Assembly: GCA_043824255.1 (NCBI GenBank) | Contig: JBDRTG010000029.1 | Coordinates: 1 to 64,000, forward strand | Reading direction: 5' to 3' | Length of the DNA: 64,000 nucleotides | DNA from: a bacterium | GTDB lineage: Bacteria; JAHJDO01 | In this document: piece by piece, positions 10,485-21,010 of the stretch | Layout: each line of letters starts with the position of its first letter | How positions within the stretch are numbered: position 1 is the first letter of the stretch | Notes under the pieces: model-generated | Database searches by the model: none | What the model was told of the DNA's origin: nothing | What the model saw: only the letters and a program-made list of their open reading frames with translations | Position numbers and translations under genes: made by a program

Positions 10485-11153
10485 ATGAAGAGACATTTTG
10501 ATGATGAATTGGAGGAATTAAATAACCAGTTATTAAGGATGGGCGCTTTCGTTGAGGAATCTATTAGTAGATCAGTAAAGGCGTTGGTAGAGCGCAAAGC
10601 TGATTTGGCAGAGGAAGTTATCAAATCCGACGAAGCGATAGATATGTTGGAGATGGAAATAGATGAGCTATGTCTTAAGCTTTTGGCGCTTCATCAGCCG
10701 GCAGCGGTAGACTTGAGGTTTATTACTTCAGCAATGAAGATTAATAATGACCTTGAACGTATAGGTGATCAGGCAGTTAATATCGCTGAACGTACTCATG
10801 AGATAATTAAACAACCGCTTCTCAAACCGTTAATAGATATCCCGCGTATGGCAACATTAGCTCAGAAGATGGTAAAAGATTCTATTGACGCTCTGGTAAA
10901 TAAAGATGAGGCGCTAGCCAGAGATGTATGCAAGAGAGATAAGAAAGTAGATATCTTAAATGATCAGGTATTCAGAGAACTCCTAACTTATATGATGCAG
11001 GACACCAAGACGATTACAAGGGCGGTAGAACTTGTTTTGGTAGCAAGACATCTTGAGCGCATAGCCGACCACGCTACAAACATTGCTGAGGACATTATTT
11101 ACGTGGTTCAAGCCAAGGTAGTGAGACATCATCCGGAAAATTTAGTCGTTTAG
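10485..11153 (+). CDS. phoU: Phosphate signalling protein
   Basis: DLERIGDQA and HLERIADHATNIAE repeats. Confidence 0.95.
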   Translation: MKRHFDDELEELNNQLLRMGAFVEESISRSVKALVERKADLAEEVIKSDEAIDMLEMEIDELCLKLLALHQPAAVDLRFITSAMKINNDLERIGDQAVNIAERTHEIIKQPLLKPLIDIPRMATLAQKMVKDSIDALVNKDEALARDVCKRDKKVDILNDQVFRELLTYMMQDTKTITRAVELVLVARHLERIADHATNIAEDIIYVVQAKVVRHHPENLVV

Positions 11154-11425
11154 TTTGTGACTATCCCACTGAAGCCCGCCAATAACAGCGTCTGCAACAT
11201 TATTCAGATGATCGCCTATCTTTTCAAAGTTGCTTAGAAGATCAAGGAAAACAATTCCTGAAACTATATTGCATGCCCTATTTCTCAGTCTGGATGTATG
11301 ATTATTTCTAAATGTCTCTGTTAATTCGTTTATCCTTTTTTCCCTGCCCCAGACTTTACGGGCAATTGCAACATCGTTTAACTCTAGCGCCCTGATTGTA
11401 TCCTCCAGCATTGCTGTAACTTACT
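11142..11425 (-). pseudogene. 3' remnant of Na/Pi cotransporter (PhoU-like C-terminal domain)
   Basis: HTSRLRNRAC...FLDLLSNFEKIGDH; 5' part missing next to the transposon end at 11444. Confidence 0.65.
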
Positions 11426-11443
11426 CTTACTTATAGACTTACG

Positions 11444-11481
11444 CTTAAGCCCCAATTTTGGCCAAATCTGTCTAGTACCCT
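11444..11481 (-). mobile_element. Solo Tn3-like terminal repeat (family D)
   Basis: Reverse complement AGGGTACTAGACAGATTTGGCCAAAATTGGGGCTTAAG: 38 nt, ends TTAAG, aligns with the 13582 IR. Confidence 0.6.
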
Positions 11482-11509
11482 TAATTTGGCGTTTTGTGCC
11501 GTGTACGCC
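11482..11509 (-). mobile_element. Outer 28 bp of the family-A IR
   Basis: Identical to 18441-18468. Confidence 0.9.
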
Positions 11510-12101
11510 ACCATCTGTGCAAAATAAAGCCTTAATTGCCTTCCAAATTATCGCGTTTTTATTTTCCCCAAAGAGTGTCTTCGCAATTAGTAAGATTGAG
11601 CGAATTCTAAAAGACGAGCCTCTTGAATTCGGGTTTATAATGTTGAGCATTTGCGCAGTTTTTGTGGGTGTTTTATTACTATTGAGTCATTACAAAGCAG
11701 TTTTTACTGTAATCAGAAATTTCATAACAGCCAAAGAAAAAACAAAGGAATTTAAAATTCCCACAGGAAAGATTGAAAATCTATCACTACTAAATGCAAG
11801 GTTGATTCTGAAAGAACCAGGAGGGGGAAACAAAGACTTTATTATAACCCCAAGAAAGGAATTTTGGATTGGGAGAGATGAGGATAATGAGTTAATTTTG
11901 AAAGACGAAACTATATCAAGAAAACATGCAAAAATAAGACCAGAGAAAGAGGGTTATGTATTATACGATATGTTAAGTAGAAACGGAACATATGTAAATA
12001 AGGGAAAAATAAAAGGGTATGTTTTGAAAAATGGAGACTTAATATCTATAGGCTTCATACACACGTTAATATTTAATGAAGAAGAGAAGGGAAGGAAGTA
12101 A
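11510..12101 (+). pseudogene. 5'-truncated membrane-anchored FHA-domain protein
   Basis: IGR...ISRKHA...SRNGTYVN FHA motifs; frame runs into the IR at 11509. Confidence 0.7.
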
Positions 12102-12177
12102 AAAGAGCAGTAAGTAGTAGATAGTGTACTACCTAAAGATAAAAGAGAATATAAAATATATTTAGGGGTGACCAGTA

Positions 12178-12468
12178 ATGAGTAAGCAAAAAAAGAATAT
12201 TGCTGTTGGTGTTCGATTTAATGAAGATCTTCCAAACTTGCTTCTTAGAATGTGCAAGGTTTATAGTGTGTCGCAAAAGGATATCCGGGGGCGTTCCAAT
12301 AGAAAAATCTTAGTTACTGCTCGGAAAGCTTTTGCGTATTTTGCCAATTTAAACGGCGCTTCTTTTAGCGAGATCGGCGCAGCTCTTGGTAATAGAGATA
12401 ATAACACAATTATTGAATATCTTGGCGGGATTAGAGGCATTAATCGTATTTTAAGGAGGCGAAGGTAG
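12178..12468 (+). CDS. Small DnaA C-terminal-like HTH protein
   Basis: ARKAFAY...SFSEIGAALGNRDNNTI resembles DnaA domain IV. Confidence 0.65.
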   Translation: MSKQKKNIAVGVRFNEDLPNLLLRMCKVYSVSQKDIRGRSNRKILVTARKAFAYFANLNGASFSEIGAALGNRDNNTIIEYLGGIRGINRILRRRR

Positions 12469-12492
12469 AGGCCCATTCAGGACTGACTAGAC

Positions 12493-12642
12493 ATGGGAAT
12501 ATTAAGTATGTGTTTTGAACTTTACTCTATCGTTATAACAAGCATAATTATCATTCTGCTCATTTTTTTAATTATACGCTCCAAAATTAAAATGAATACA
12601 ATTATAAAAGAGCTTGAGAGAATATCGCTCAAGTTTGGGTGA
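12493..12642 (+). CDS. Possible 49-aa membrane peptide
   Basis: Open frame with hydrophobic stretch; stop lies inside the repeat at 12637. Confidence 0.3.
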   Translation: MGILSMCFELYSIVITSIIIILLIFLIIRSKIKMNTIIKELERISLKFG

Positions 12643-12673
12643 AATTAAACATTTAGGGGAAAAGTCCCATAGG
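12637..12673 (+). mobile_element. Solo Tn3-like terminal repeat (family C)
   Basis: GGGTGAAATTAAACATTTAGGGGAAAAGTCCCATAGG; 30/37 match to reverse complement of 49838-49874. Confidence 0.6.
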
Positions 12674-12868
12674 AATTATCAATGCCAATAATTCTAGAAT
12701 GTTTTTTCAGCACATAACATACCTTGAACTAAACCGCTGCGCGGTAGAACTCCGTTAATCCCACCCCAGTCTCCTGTTAACATGGTCGCAATCTGATATA
12801 CTTTTTCTCCAGAAGAATGTTCATGTAGAGCATTCGTTAAACTTCAACAGTTTAAGGAGAAAAGTATT

Positions 12869-13581
12869 ATGAGTGCACTTCGTAAAAAAATGATTCGAGA
12901 TCTGGAACTCCGAAGGTTTTCAGCCTCAACTCAAAAGTCATATATTGCAGCAGTAAGAGGTCTGGCAAAATATTACATGCTCTCTCCAGACAAAATCAGC
13001 AAAGAACAACTCTTGGACTATGTTCATTTTCTCATAACGAAACGCAAACTGTCCTGTAGTTCTCTTAATGTTGCCACAGCAGGCTTGCGTTTTTTCTATA
13101 GAGAAACGCTGGCATGTAATGCTATGGCAGTGGCCATACCGCCTCGGAAAAATTCAAGAAAGCTGCCGGAGATTTTCAGTCATAACGAGCTGAAACGGCT
13201 TTTCGCAAGCACAAACAACCTTAAACATCGACTCATGTTAATGACTGCATATTCCGCCGGACTGCGAGTCAGTGAATTAATTCATTTGAGAGTGAGAGAT
13301 ATTGACAGCGAACGTATGACTATCCGCATCAAAAATGGAAAAGGCGGAAAAGACCGTTATACTATTTTGTCCCAAAGACTGCTTGCTGAACTGCGCTGTT
13401 ATGCAAAGGCTTATCGCTCTCAATTCTGGCTTTTTCTTAGCCAAATATCCCATGGAGCATTGAATAGACGTACAGCTCAAGTAATATTCGAACAAGCTAA
13501 AGAAAGAGCTGGTATTACTAAAAAAGTCACCTTTCATAGCTTGAGACACACTTTTGCCACAAATCTGCTCGAATCAGGAGT
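12869..13581 (+). pseudogene. Tyrosine recombinase of the type paired with IS91-like transposases, truncated
   Basis: AYSAGLRVSE, GKGGKDR, HSLRHTFAT; cut by the IR before the catalytic Tyr. Confidence 0.85.
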
Positions 13582-13622
13582 GGCGTACACGGCACAAAAC
13601 GCCAAATTAGGGCGTTAGCGTC

Positions 13623-13888
13623 CTGCACGCATAAACATTAAGACACAAATCGGGTAGCAACAAAGCTTTATTTAATATAACAGACTATCAATAAACTGTT
13701 ACATTATGCGTGCAGAAGCCAGCAAATATTTTCAAAAAAGCTATTAAAAGATATATTTTTCTCCAAAAACCGTCATTTTCCCTGTATTATGCGTGCAGGA
13801 GAAAAATACTTGCTTGACATTTTTCTGAAAAAGACTATTCTGCACGCATAATATGGGACATTAACGAGGGTATTGATTATGCGTGCAG
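13623..13888. repeat. Five copies of TTATGCGTGCAG (sixth at 18416-18427)
   Basis: 13623(-), 13704(+), 13787(+), 13840(-), 13877(+); surround a TTGACA at 13814. Confidence 0.85.
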
Positions 13889-14754
13889 AACACATGCCAA
13901 AAAACCTATGGATAAAAGATTTCCTTAAAGATATAAAATCCGAAAATCTTTCTCCTGCAACGATACGTGGATACTATTATGACCTCAATCATTTTAGAAA
14001 CTGGCAGATTGAGACCCATGGAAAAGAATTGACGATTGAAAAGATAAGCGAGATTGACTTGGCGGCGTACAGACATAGTTTGGTAAATTTGGAAGCAATG
14101 AAAGTTTCAACAGTAAACAGACGGATTGGCACATTAAAACTCTTTTTCAAGAAAGCATTTGCGAAGGGACTTATCCGAACTGACCCTTCCGGAAAGTTGC
14201 GTTTTTTAAGAAGACGCAAGCGTAAAAAGCCAGATGTGCTTTATAAAGGGGAATTGAACGCACTTTTGAGAAGAGCGGGAAAGTCCGCACACAGTTTCGG
14301 CAGGCGGAATTATCTTATAATTAAACTTATTCTTGAAACAGGCATCCGTGTTGGGGAGATTAACCGACTGAGAGTAAAGGATATCAATGTTTATGAACGT
14401 TCCGGCTTTATTTCTATTGAGAATTCAAAATCAGGGGAGAAACGGGAACTTTTTCTAAATGGGGTGGTACGCCGCGCAGTGTCTTCGTACTTGTCCACCA
14501 GAAAGAATATTGAATCTGAGGATTACCTGTTTTTCAGTAAAAGGAATAAACCGTTATCTTTAAGATCAATTCAGCAGATTATCAGAACAGCCGCTGAAGG
14601 AGTGAAGATTAAACGGATAAATGTTACAGCAGAAACATTGAGACATACTTTTATTAGTAATTTTTTGGAATCAAATCCTGGACAAAGTAAGGAATTGGCA
14701 GTACTGCTGGGATATAACTCCGTAAGTCCGCTTTCAATTTATAATAAGGGGTAA
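13873..14754 (+). CDS. XerC/D-like tyrosine recombinase with altered catalytic motifs
   Basis: SAM-like N-terminus, TGIRVGE, ETLRHTF, LLGYNS...IY. Confidence 0.85.
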   Translation: MIMRAEHMPKNLWIKDFLKDIKSENLSPATIRGYYYDLNHFRNWQIETHGKELTIEKISEIDLAAYRHSLVNLEAMKVSTVNRRIGTLKLFFKKAFAKGLIRTDPSGKLRFLRRRKRKKPDVLYKGELNALLRRAGKSAHSFGRRNYLIIKLILETGIRVGEINRLRVKDINVYERSGFISIENSKSGEKRELFLNGVVRRAVSSYLSTRKNIESEDYLFFSKRNKPLSLRSIQQIIRTAAEGVKIKRINVTAETLRHTFISNFLESNPGQSKELAVLLGYNSVSPLSIYNKG

Positions 14755-14764
14755 AAAGAAGCTT

Positions 14765-17710
14765 ATGAATAACACTTTGCCAAAGGAAGAACCAACTTCT
14801 AATATCATAAAATTCCAGTTTAAAAGTCATGGGTTTTCCTTACCTGAAGAACCCGCATTAGAAGAACTTGCTCTGGACTGGACATTGTCTGATGAAGATA
14901 AAAAAATGATTTATAAGTTAAGAGGAGATGATAATCTGCGAAGGTGCGCTGTTCAGCTTTGCGTGCTCAGAAAATATGGACGTTTTCTTGACGATTACGG
15001 TTCAGTCTCTACAAAGATTACAGGATATATAAGTCAGCAGCTCGAAATAGAACCCACGTTGATGGTTTTACCCTCAGGACGGGAAAAAACAGAGGAGGAA
15101 AACAGGAAGAGCGTCCGGGAATATCTCGGCTGCAGGCCTTTTGACAGCGAAAGTCAAAATGAACTTGAAGAATATATATTGCGGATTGCCCTGAATGATT
15201 TTTATCCTGACGACCTTCTGCAGAAAACGGAACAATTTTTAAAGAAAAATAAAATAGTTCTTCCCCTGCCGAAATCTATGGAAGATATAGTCAATGCTGT
15301 TTATACGAAAGTTGAGAGAAAGATATTTGACCAGATTGCCGACCAGATTCCTGATGAAGTCAAGGAAGCGATAGACAACCTTTTACAGACTCCGGAGAAC
15401 AGTAATAAAACAGAATTTTTCAAACTGGATGATTATCCTCCTGAGGCAACCCCGAGAAACATAGCCGAATATCTGAGGAGATATGATCAACTTAACGCCA
15501 CAGGAATAGATAACGTCAGATTTAAGGGAATATCCAAAGAACTCCTAATGAAGCTTAATCAGGTGACGAGGAGTTACAGTGCCTGGCAGATTAAAAGATT
15601 TGAGGACCCAAAAAGATATGCGGTTTCCGCTGCCTATCTCTATGAACTAAAGAAAACCTTTCTTGATAACCTTGTCTATATGAACAGAAGATACCTTACT
15701 GATATGCAGCGTGAATCCAGAAAAGACTATGAGGAAAAGCATAAGAAGGCCAGAAGGAAACTCAGGACAGGTGTTGTGATGCTGATGGATATCGTTAGGA
15801 AAATTGTCACGGCCCGCAAAAACAATCAGGATTCAGAAGAATTTTTTAAACAGAAGGTTAATACTGAAGTTCTTGAGGACGCGGTTGAGAACTGTAACAA
15901 TTTTATACTGCTTGAGGACACAGGATACCTAGAGGAACTGTCCAAAAGATATAATAATTTTAGACGATATTTTCCTGGTTTTTTAACACTGGATTTTCAC
16001 GCTGAACATGGGTCAGAATATCTGCTGGAAGCGATAGCTGTAGCCAGAAGGATGAATGTCGAAGGGCTGAAATCTGTGCAAGGACATGCTCCTTTTCAGT
16101 TTGTTCCTGCAGGCTGGCAAAAGATGTTGAGGTCAAAGGACGATAAAATCGTCAAAAGGACATGGGAAATAAGCCTTGCCCTCTCAATCAAAGATGCTCT
16201 TAAAAGCGGAAGTCTTTTTCTTCCGGAAAGCAGGTCTCATATGTCATTTTGGGAACTTGTCTATAATGATCAGAGATGGATTGAGGAAAAGGAAAAAGCC
16301 TATGCTCTGTTGAACCTTACGCCTGATTCAAATGAATTTTTGACAAATCTTAAGGATGAATTCAATCAAATCGCTTCTGTAACATGCGGCCGTGTCCATG
16401 ACAATCCCTTTGTTAAAATTAAGGGAAACGGAGATGTGCGGTTTAGACAGGATGACTCCTTGAAGGATCCGCCGGAGATAAAAAAGCTTCGCCAGCTAAT
16501 AACTTCCAAAATGCCGAAGATACGCATTGAGAAACTGGTAAAGGAAGTGGACACTCTATGCAATTTCACTGATGAACTTAAGCCTGTGAACGGACGGATT
16601 CTGAATATAGAAAATTATCATCCCACACTTCGGTGCGCGGTTACAGCTCATGGAACAAATGTGGGAATATATACAATGGGAAATAGCAATAAAAAAATTA
16701 CTATTGACATGCTTCAGTATATTTCCAACCTCTGTCTCAGAAACAGCTCAGTAAAAAAATCCAACACAAAGTTGGTTAACTTTATAAACAACCTGAAAAC
16801 AAGCATAAATTTAGGCTCCGATATGATGTCGTCTTCCGACGGACAGCGGTTCGGCGTACAAGGAAGCTGCCTTATAGCCTCTTTCTATCCCCGATATTTC
16901 GGGTATTATGATAAGGTGGTAACAATATATACACATGTCAGCAAATGCAGTGTGTTCGGTACCTATGTCATCAGCTGTGGTGACAGAGAGTCCTGGTTCG
17001 TTTTAAACGGACTGCTGGACAATGATACTGAGTTAACCTTAGGGCAGCATCATACAGATACTCATGGAAGCAGTGATCATATTTTTGCCTTGTGTTGCCT
17101 GCTGGGCGTTTCGTTCATGCCGAGGCTGAAGAAGCTCCATAAACAAACTCTGTATAAAATAGACAAAAATATGCATTATGGCCCCTTAGAACCTATGTTT
17201 AAGGGCACAATCGATATGGAACTGATAGCTGAACAGTGGGATCAGATGATTCGGGTCGCTGCTGCGCTAAAAAACAGAATTATTTCCGCCCATGTTATCG
17301 CTCAAAGACTGGCTGCTTCCTCTTCACTTGACCGGCTCGCAAAAGCCTTTACAGAATTGGGAAAGCTGGTCAAAACAATTTATTTATTGGGCTATATTGA
17401 TAATGAGCCCCTTCGGCGTCAGGTTCAGAGAATGCTTTGTTACGGTGAGCAGCGGCAGGGACTGGTTAAACACGTCTTTTTCGCTAATCAGGGAATGTTT
17501 CGTCAGGGGGATTTAGAAGAAATTATGAATAAAGCAAGCTGTCTCAGTCTTTTGTCAAACGCTATTGTGTGCTGGAACACTGTCCAGGTGGAAAGGATTG
17601 TGAAAGACCTGAGAGAAAAGGGCCATGAAATTCCGGATGAACACCTCGCCAGGATTTATCCCTTGTTTTATGAACATGTCATAGTTAACGGTGAATATGA
17701 TTTCAGCTGA
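14765..17710 (+). CDS. tnpA: Tn3-family transposase
   Basis: 981 aa; DUF4158-like N-terminus; DDE motifs SSDGQRF, HTDTHG, YGEQ. Confidence 0.95.
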   Translation: MNNTLPKEEPTSNIIKFQFKSHGFSLPEEPALEELALDWTLSDEDKKMIYKLRGDDNLRRCAVQLCVLRKYGRFLDDYGSVSTKITGYISQQLEIEPTLMVLPSGREKTEEENRKSVREYLGCRPFDSESQNELEEYILRIALNDFYPDDLLQKTEQFLKKNKIVLPLPKSMEDIVNAVYTKVERKIFDQIADQIPDEVKEAIDNLLQTPENSNKTEFFKLDDYPPEATPRNIAEYLRRYDQLNATGIDNVRFKGISKELLMKLNQVTRSYSAWQIKRFEDPKRYAVSAAYLYELKKTFLDNLVYMNRRYLTDMQRESRKDYEEKHKKARRKLRTGVVMLMDIVRKIVTARKNNQDSEEFFKQKVNTEVLEDAVENCNNFILLEDTGYLEELSKRYNNFRRYFPGFLTLDFHAEHGSEYLLEAIAVARRMNVEGLKSVQGHAPFQFVPAGWQKMLRSKDDKIVKRTWEISLALSIKDALKSGSLFLPESRSHMSFWELVYNDQRWIEEKEKAYALLNLTPDSNEFLTNLKDEFNQIASVTCGRVHDNPFVKIKGNGDVRFRQDDSLKDPPEIKKLRQLITSKMPKIRIEKLVKEVDTLCNFTDELKPVNGRILNIENYHPTLRCAVTAHGTNVGIYTMGNSNKKITIDMLQYISNLCLRNSSVKKSNTKLVNFINNLKTSINLGSDMMSSSDGQRFGVQGSCLIASFYPRYFGYYDKVVTIYTHVSKCSVFGTYVISCGDRESWFVLNGLLDNDTELTLGQHHTDTHGSSDHIFALCCLLGVSFMPRLKKLHKQTLYKIDKNMHYGPLEPMFKGTIDMELIAEQWDQMIRVAAALKNRIISAHVIAQRLAASSSLDRLAKAFTELGKLVKTIYLLGYIDNEPLRRQVQRMLCYGEQRQGLVKHVFFANQGMFRQGDLEEIMNKASCLSLLSNAIVCWNTVQVERIVKDLREKGHEIPDEHLARIYPLFYEHVIVNGEYDFS

Positions 17711-17714
17711 TAAA

Positions 17715-17815
17715 AATATAGTGAGCAAAAACTGTAGTATTTGCGCATTGGAAATTCAGACCTCCTGCAATCTTAAAACAGAGGGTGGATTTTCATGGGG
17801 TTTTTGCGCAGGGGG
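17715..17815. promoter_or_regulatory. Candidate res site
   Basis: TGAGCAAAAACT-GT-AGTATTTGCGCA imperfect IR at 17722-17747 plus a TTTTTGCGCA half-site near 17800. Confidence 0.5.
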
Positions 17816-17824
17816 TAAAAAGTA

Positions 17825-18403
17825 ATGAGAGCAGCTTCATACGCGCGGGTATCAAAGAAAGATCAACAGACTCTTCCGATGCAGACAGAGAAGATAAAAG
17901 GGTATATTAAAGACAGAGGCTGGGAATTACTCAGAGATCTGCAGGAGACAGCTTCTGGAGCGAAACCAAGGCCGAAGCGGGAAGAATTATTAAAGTCAGC
18001 CCGTCGCAGGGAGATAGATGTCATTGTTGTGTGGAAGTTAGATCGATGGGGAAGATCTGTGCTGGATTTGATTGCCACTTTCAATGAGCTTCAGGAAATA
18101 GGGGTGGGTTTTGTTTCCATTACTGAAGCCTTGGACTTCACAACAGCGGCGGGAAAAGCGATGGCGGGATTGCTTTCCGTTTTCGCCGAGTTTGAGCGGA
18201 GCCTGCTGCGAGAAAGAGTATGTGCCGGGTTGGAACAAGCTAAGCAAAAAGGAAAAGTTCTGGGCAGACCTAAGACAGCGATGAGTAAAACTGAGGAAGT
18301 AAGGATGTTTTGGAGAGAGAAAATATCCAAGTCTGAAATTGCCAGGAAACTTGGAATTCATAGACGATCCGTTGGGAGAATTATTAAAACATTTGATGAT
18401 TAA
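17825..18403 (+). CDS. tnpR: Serine resolvase
   Basis: YARVS, VWKLDRWGRS, FAEFER, GRP, C-terminal HTH. Confidence 0.93.
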   Translation: MRAASYARVSKKDQQTLPMQTEKIKGYIKDRGWELLRDLQETASGAKPRPKREELLKSARRREIDVIVVWKLDRWGRSVLDLIATFNELQEIGVGFVSITEALDFTTAAGKAMAGLLSVFAEFERSLLRERVCAGLEQAKQKGKVLGRPKTAMSKTEEVRMFWREKISKSEIARKLGIHRRSVGRIIKTFDD

Positions 18404-18468
18404 TAGGGGGGTTGATTATGCGTGCAGGACGCTAACGCCCTAATTTGGCGTTTTGTGCCGTGTACGCC

Positions 18469-19256
18469 TTATAACAATCTATTGCCTTTTGTGTATGTCC
18501 TTGAAATTTATGCGAGAAAGCAAGGAATCTGAGTATGCCCGCTTTATCATATTCATCCATTTTAGCCTGTGATTTGAGAGCCTTCTCAAAATAGTATTGA
18601 GCTTTTTTATAATCCTTTAACTTTGAAAAATAGACTATTCCCATTTCCTCAGATATTTGGTAGCTATCCGGATTATTTTTGATCCCCTCTGCCATAAATT
18701 TAATCGCTTCGTCTAATTTCCCAAGCCTGAATGCAAGCCAGTATCCTCCAACAGCGTACGCTCTCACATGATGGGGATTGAATATAGTTGCAAGCTTGAA
18801 CCATGGCATAAGCTCATCCTCTCTTTTGCTGTGCAAATGCTCTGTAATATTCGGCTTGAGATTGTATTCAAGCTTAGCAAATAATTTGTCTAACCTGTTA
18901 TATTTTAATTTATGTCTGTGCTCAATTTCTTTGTGATTATGTTCATGTTTGTGTTGTGTATGTCCTCCTATTATGCCTGCCTCTTCTAAAATATGGCAAT
19001 GTCCGTGTTCCCTCACTCCCTTATGAAGATATTCGTCTGCTTTCAGCCATAACAAATCTGCAGAACCAGTAAAGACACCACCTAAAATTTTACTTACAAT
19101 TTCTCCGCCAGGAATAGCAGAAACACTGCTAATCACAGCATAATGATGTGTTTGAAGAGGAATTTGAAGAAGGATAGCAATAAGAAGTAAAGCAAAGAGT
19201 TTAGATAAATCCGAAATCCGAAATTCGAAATCCGAAACAAATTTGGAGTTTCTCAC
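18469..19256 (-). pseudogene. His-rich TPR membrane protein, 3'-truncated by the transposon
   Basis: TPR helices; GTG start overlaps permease stop; ends in IR-derived AYTAQNAKLGR. Confidence 0.7.
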
Positions 19257-20053
19257 AACTGTCTTCTCTGAAACTTTAATGTACCTATTAGTAGAAAGAT
19301 AGATATATAAACAAGAGCGTAGATCATCACTGTTATTATTACCCATGCTGGTACTGGTGGCCACTGATGAACTATCTTTTTTGAGAGATCAAAATAATCG
19401 AGATGAGGCAGGATATAATTAATAGACTTGAGAATCCATGCCAGGAATGCTCCGCACTTATCAAGTCCCGTTAGAGGTTCGCCTCTAAGCGGGACAAGCA
19501 CATCTGAGATAGCTTTGCCAATCCAATGTCCCAGAATAAAATAAAGGATAGAAACTGTAACATTTGCAGCATTTGTCATAAAAGCTGACAAACATATAAC
19601 AATAGAGGATATGAGCATTAACTGAAGAATATGCAGGAATATCCCCTGGATTAAAATACCCGATACACTACTCCCTTTAGAAAACAGGAGAATAATAAAT
19701 ATTCCCTCAAAAACCAAAAAACAGAATATAGAAATAATAGAGGTTCCAAGCCATTTTCCTATAATAAATTCAGATCTTTTTAGGGGTTTTGCCATTAATG
19801 GATAAATTGTGCGGCTGTTTAGCTCAGTAGGTACCTGTCTTGCTCCAACAACAACAGCAATAATTACAGTTATATAAGTAACGATAAGAAAGGATAATTC
19901 TATAAAATACTTTACTAACCCTGTTAGAGAGAAAAAACTTGCCATTGCAACTATGGACATCATTGCAATAGATAGAATAAATAAAACATATATTTCTTTC
20001 TTTCTGATAGATTCCTCAATCACATTTTTCGCAATAATCCAGGCAGCTCTCAT
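19253..20053 (-). CDS. ABC-2 type permease
   Basis: Multi-TM; RTIYPLMAKPLKRSEFIIGKWLG. Confidence 0.85.
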   Translation of the reverse strand: MRAAWIIAKNVIEESIRKKEIYVLFILSIAMMSIVAMASFFSLTGLVKYFIELSFLIVTYITVIIAVVVGARQVPTELNSRTIYPLMAKPLKRSEFIIGKWLGTSIISIFCFLVFEGIFIILLFSKGSSVSGILIQGIFLHILQLMLISSIVICLSAFMTNAANVTVSILYFILGHWIGKAISDVLVPLRGEPLTGLDKCGAFLAWILKSINYILPHLDYFDLSKKIVHQWPPVPAWVIITVMIYALVYISIFLLIGTLKFQRRQL

Positions 20054-20796
20054 GCTCTTTTATCCTTTATCATCCGGATGAAAACATCTTCCAATACAGT
20101 TTGCTTTGTATCAATTTTACCAACAATTTGATCTAGCTTCTCAGTCTTTAGAATTTGTCCTCTGTCAATTATTCCTATTCTGTCACAAATCAGTTCTACT
20201 TCTGAAAGCTGATGTGAACTAAAAAATACGGTTTTACCTCTATTCTTGAGTTCTAAGATAATATCGCGTATTTCTCTTTTACCAATTGGATCAAGACCCG
20301 AATTAGGTTCATCAAGTATCAGAACTTCAGGATCATTTATAATGGCTTGTGCAAATCCAAGACGCTGGCTCATGCCTTTTGACAGGTTTCGGATAGGAGT
20401 ATTCTTTTTCTCTGCTAATCCAACAGTTGCTAGAACAGAATCGATTCTATTGTTTAAAATGGTTTTGTCTATACGAAATAATTTCCCGTACATTGTGAGA
20501 ATCTTGAAAGGCGTAAGAAATGGATAATAATAAGCTATCTCTGGTAAATATCCAATTCTAAACCTGTTTTTTAATGAAGAGGACTTTTCAGCGAATATAA
20601 GTGCTTCTCCATTAGTAGGATGCATAAAACCTAACAGGATATTGATAGTTGTTGTTTTTCCCGCGCCATTAGGTCCTATGAATCCAAATATTTCCCCCTT
20701 ATAAGCAGACAGAGTTATACCTTTTAGGGCAACAGTTCTTTCTTTGCCTGTCCTGTACTCTGCATGAAGATTCCTTATTTCTATTATTGGTTCCAT
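20050..20796 (-). CDS. ABC transporter ATP-binding protein
   Basis: GPNGAGKTT, LSKGM, LILDEP. Confidence 0.93.
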   Translation of the reverse strand: MEPIIEIRNLHAEYRTGKERTVALKGITLSAYKGEIFGFIGPNGAGKTTTINILLGFMHPTNGEALIFAEKSSSLKNRFRIGYLPEIAYYYPFLTPFKILTMYGKLFRIDKTILNNRIDSVLATVGLAEKKNTPIRNLSKGMSQRLGFAQAIINDPEVLILDEPNSGLDPIGKREIRDIILELKNRGKTVFFSSHQLSEVELICDRIGIIDRGQILKTEKLDQIVGKIDTKQTVLEDVFIRMIKDKRA

Positions 20797-20878
20797 GGTT
20801 TTTTACTTTCGCCAAATCTGAATATAAACATACTGAAATTTTAGAATATTGTCAATTATCCATTATTTTACTTATGTC

Positions 20879-21010
20879 AAGGACATTATCATATGCGTAT
20901 TACACTGAGTTTACTCGACAATATTTTTTTAATAGGTTTTCCCTGACTCATCTCAAATTCTTTTTGTTTCCCCTGCTTTAAGCTACTTTTATATTCTGGA
21001 AAATCCTATA
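20879..21010 (-). repeat. ~130-bp non-coding repeat, copy 1
   Basis: About 85% identical by eye to 48759-48889, inverted. Confidence 0.85.

Larger units (their letters stand above)
13582..18468 (+). mobile_element. Tn3-family transposon (Tyr recombinase - tnpA - res - serine resolvase)
   Basis: 53-bp perfect IRs (13582-13634, 18416-18468); no target duplication (GGAGT vs TTATA). Confidence 0.92.

Noticed and set aside
12711..12760. attC-like site and integron integrase at 12869
   Set aside because: Protein lacks an evident IntI-specific insertion and the pairing is weak; the 15-bp CACATAACATACCTT shared with 21013 was noted but is unexplained
13623..13888. CRISPR array
   Set aside because: Repeats are only 12 bp, in mixed orientation, irregularly spaced; no cas genes
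20787..20981. 64-aa ORF and the many antisense or nested short ORFs in the track
   Set aside because: Overlap a non-coding repeat or well-supported genes; no motifs
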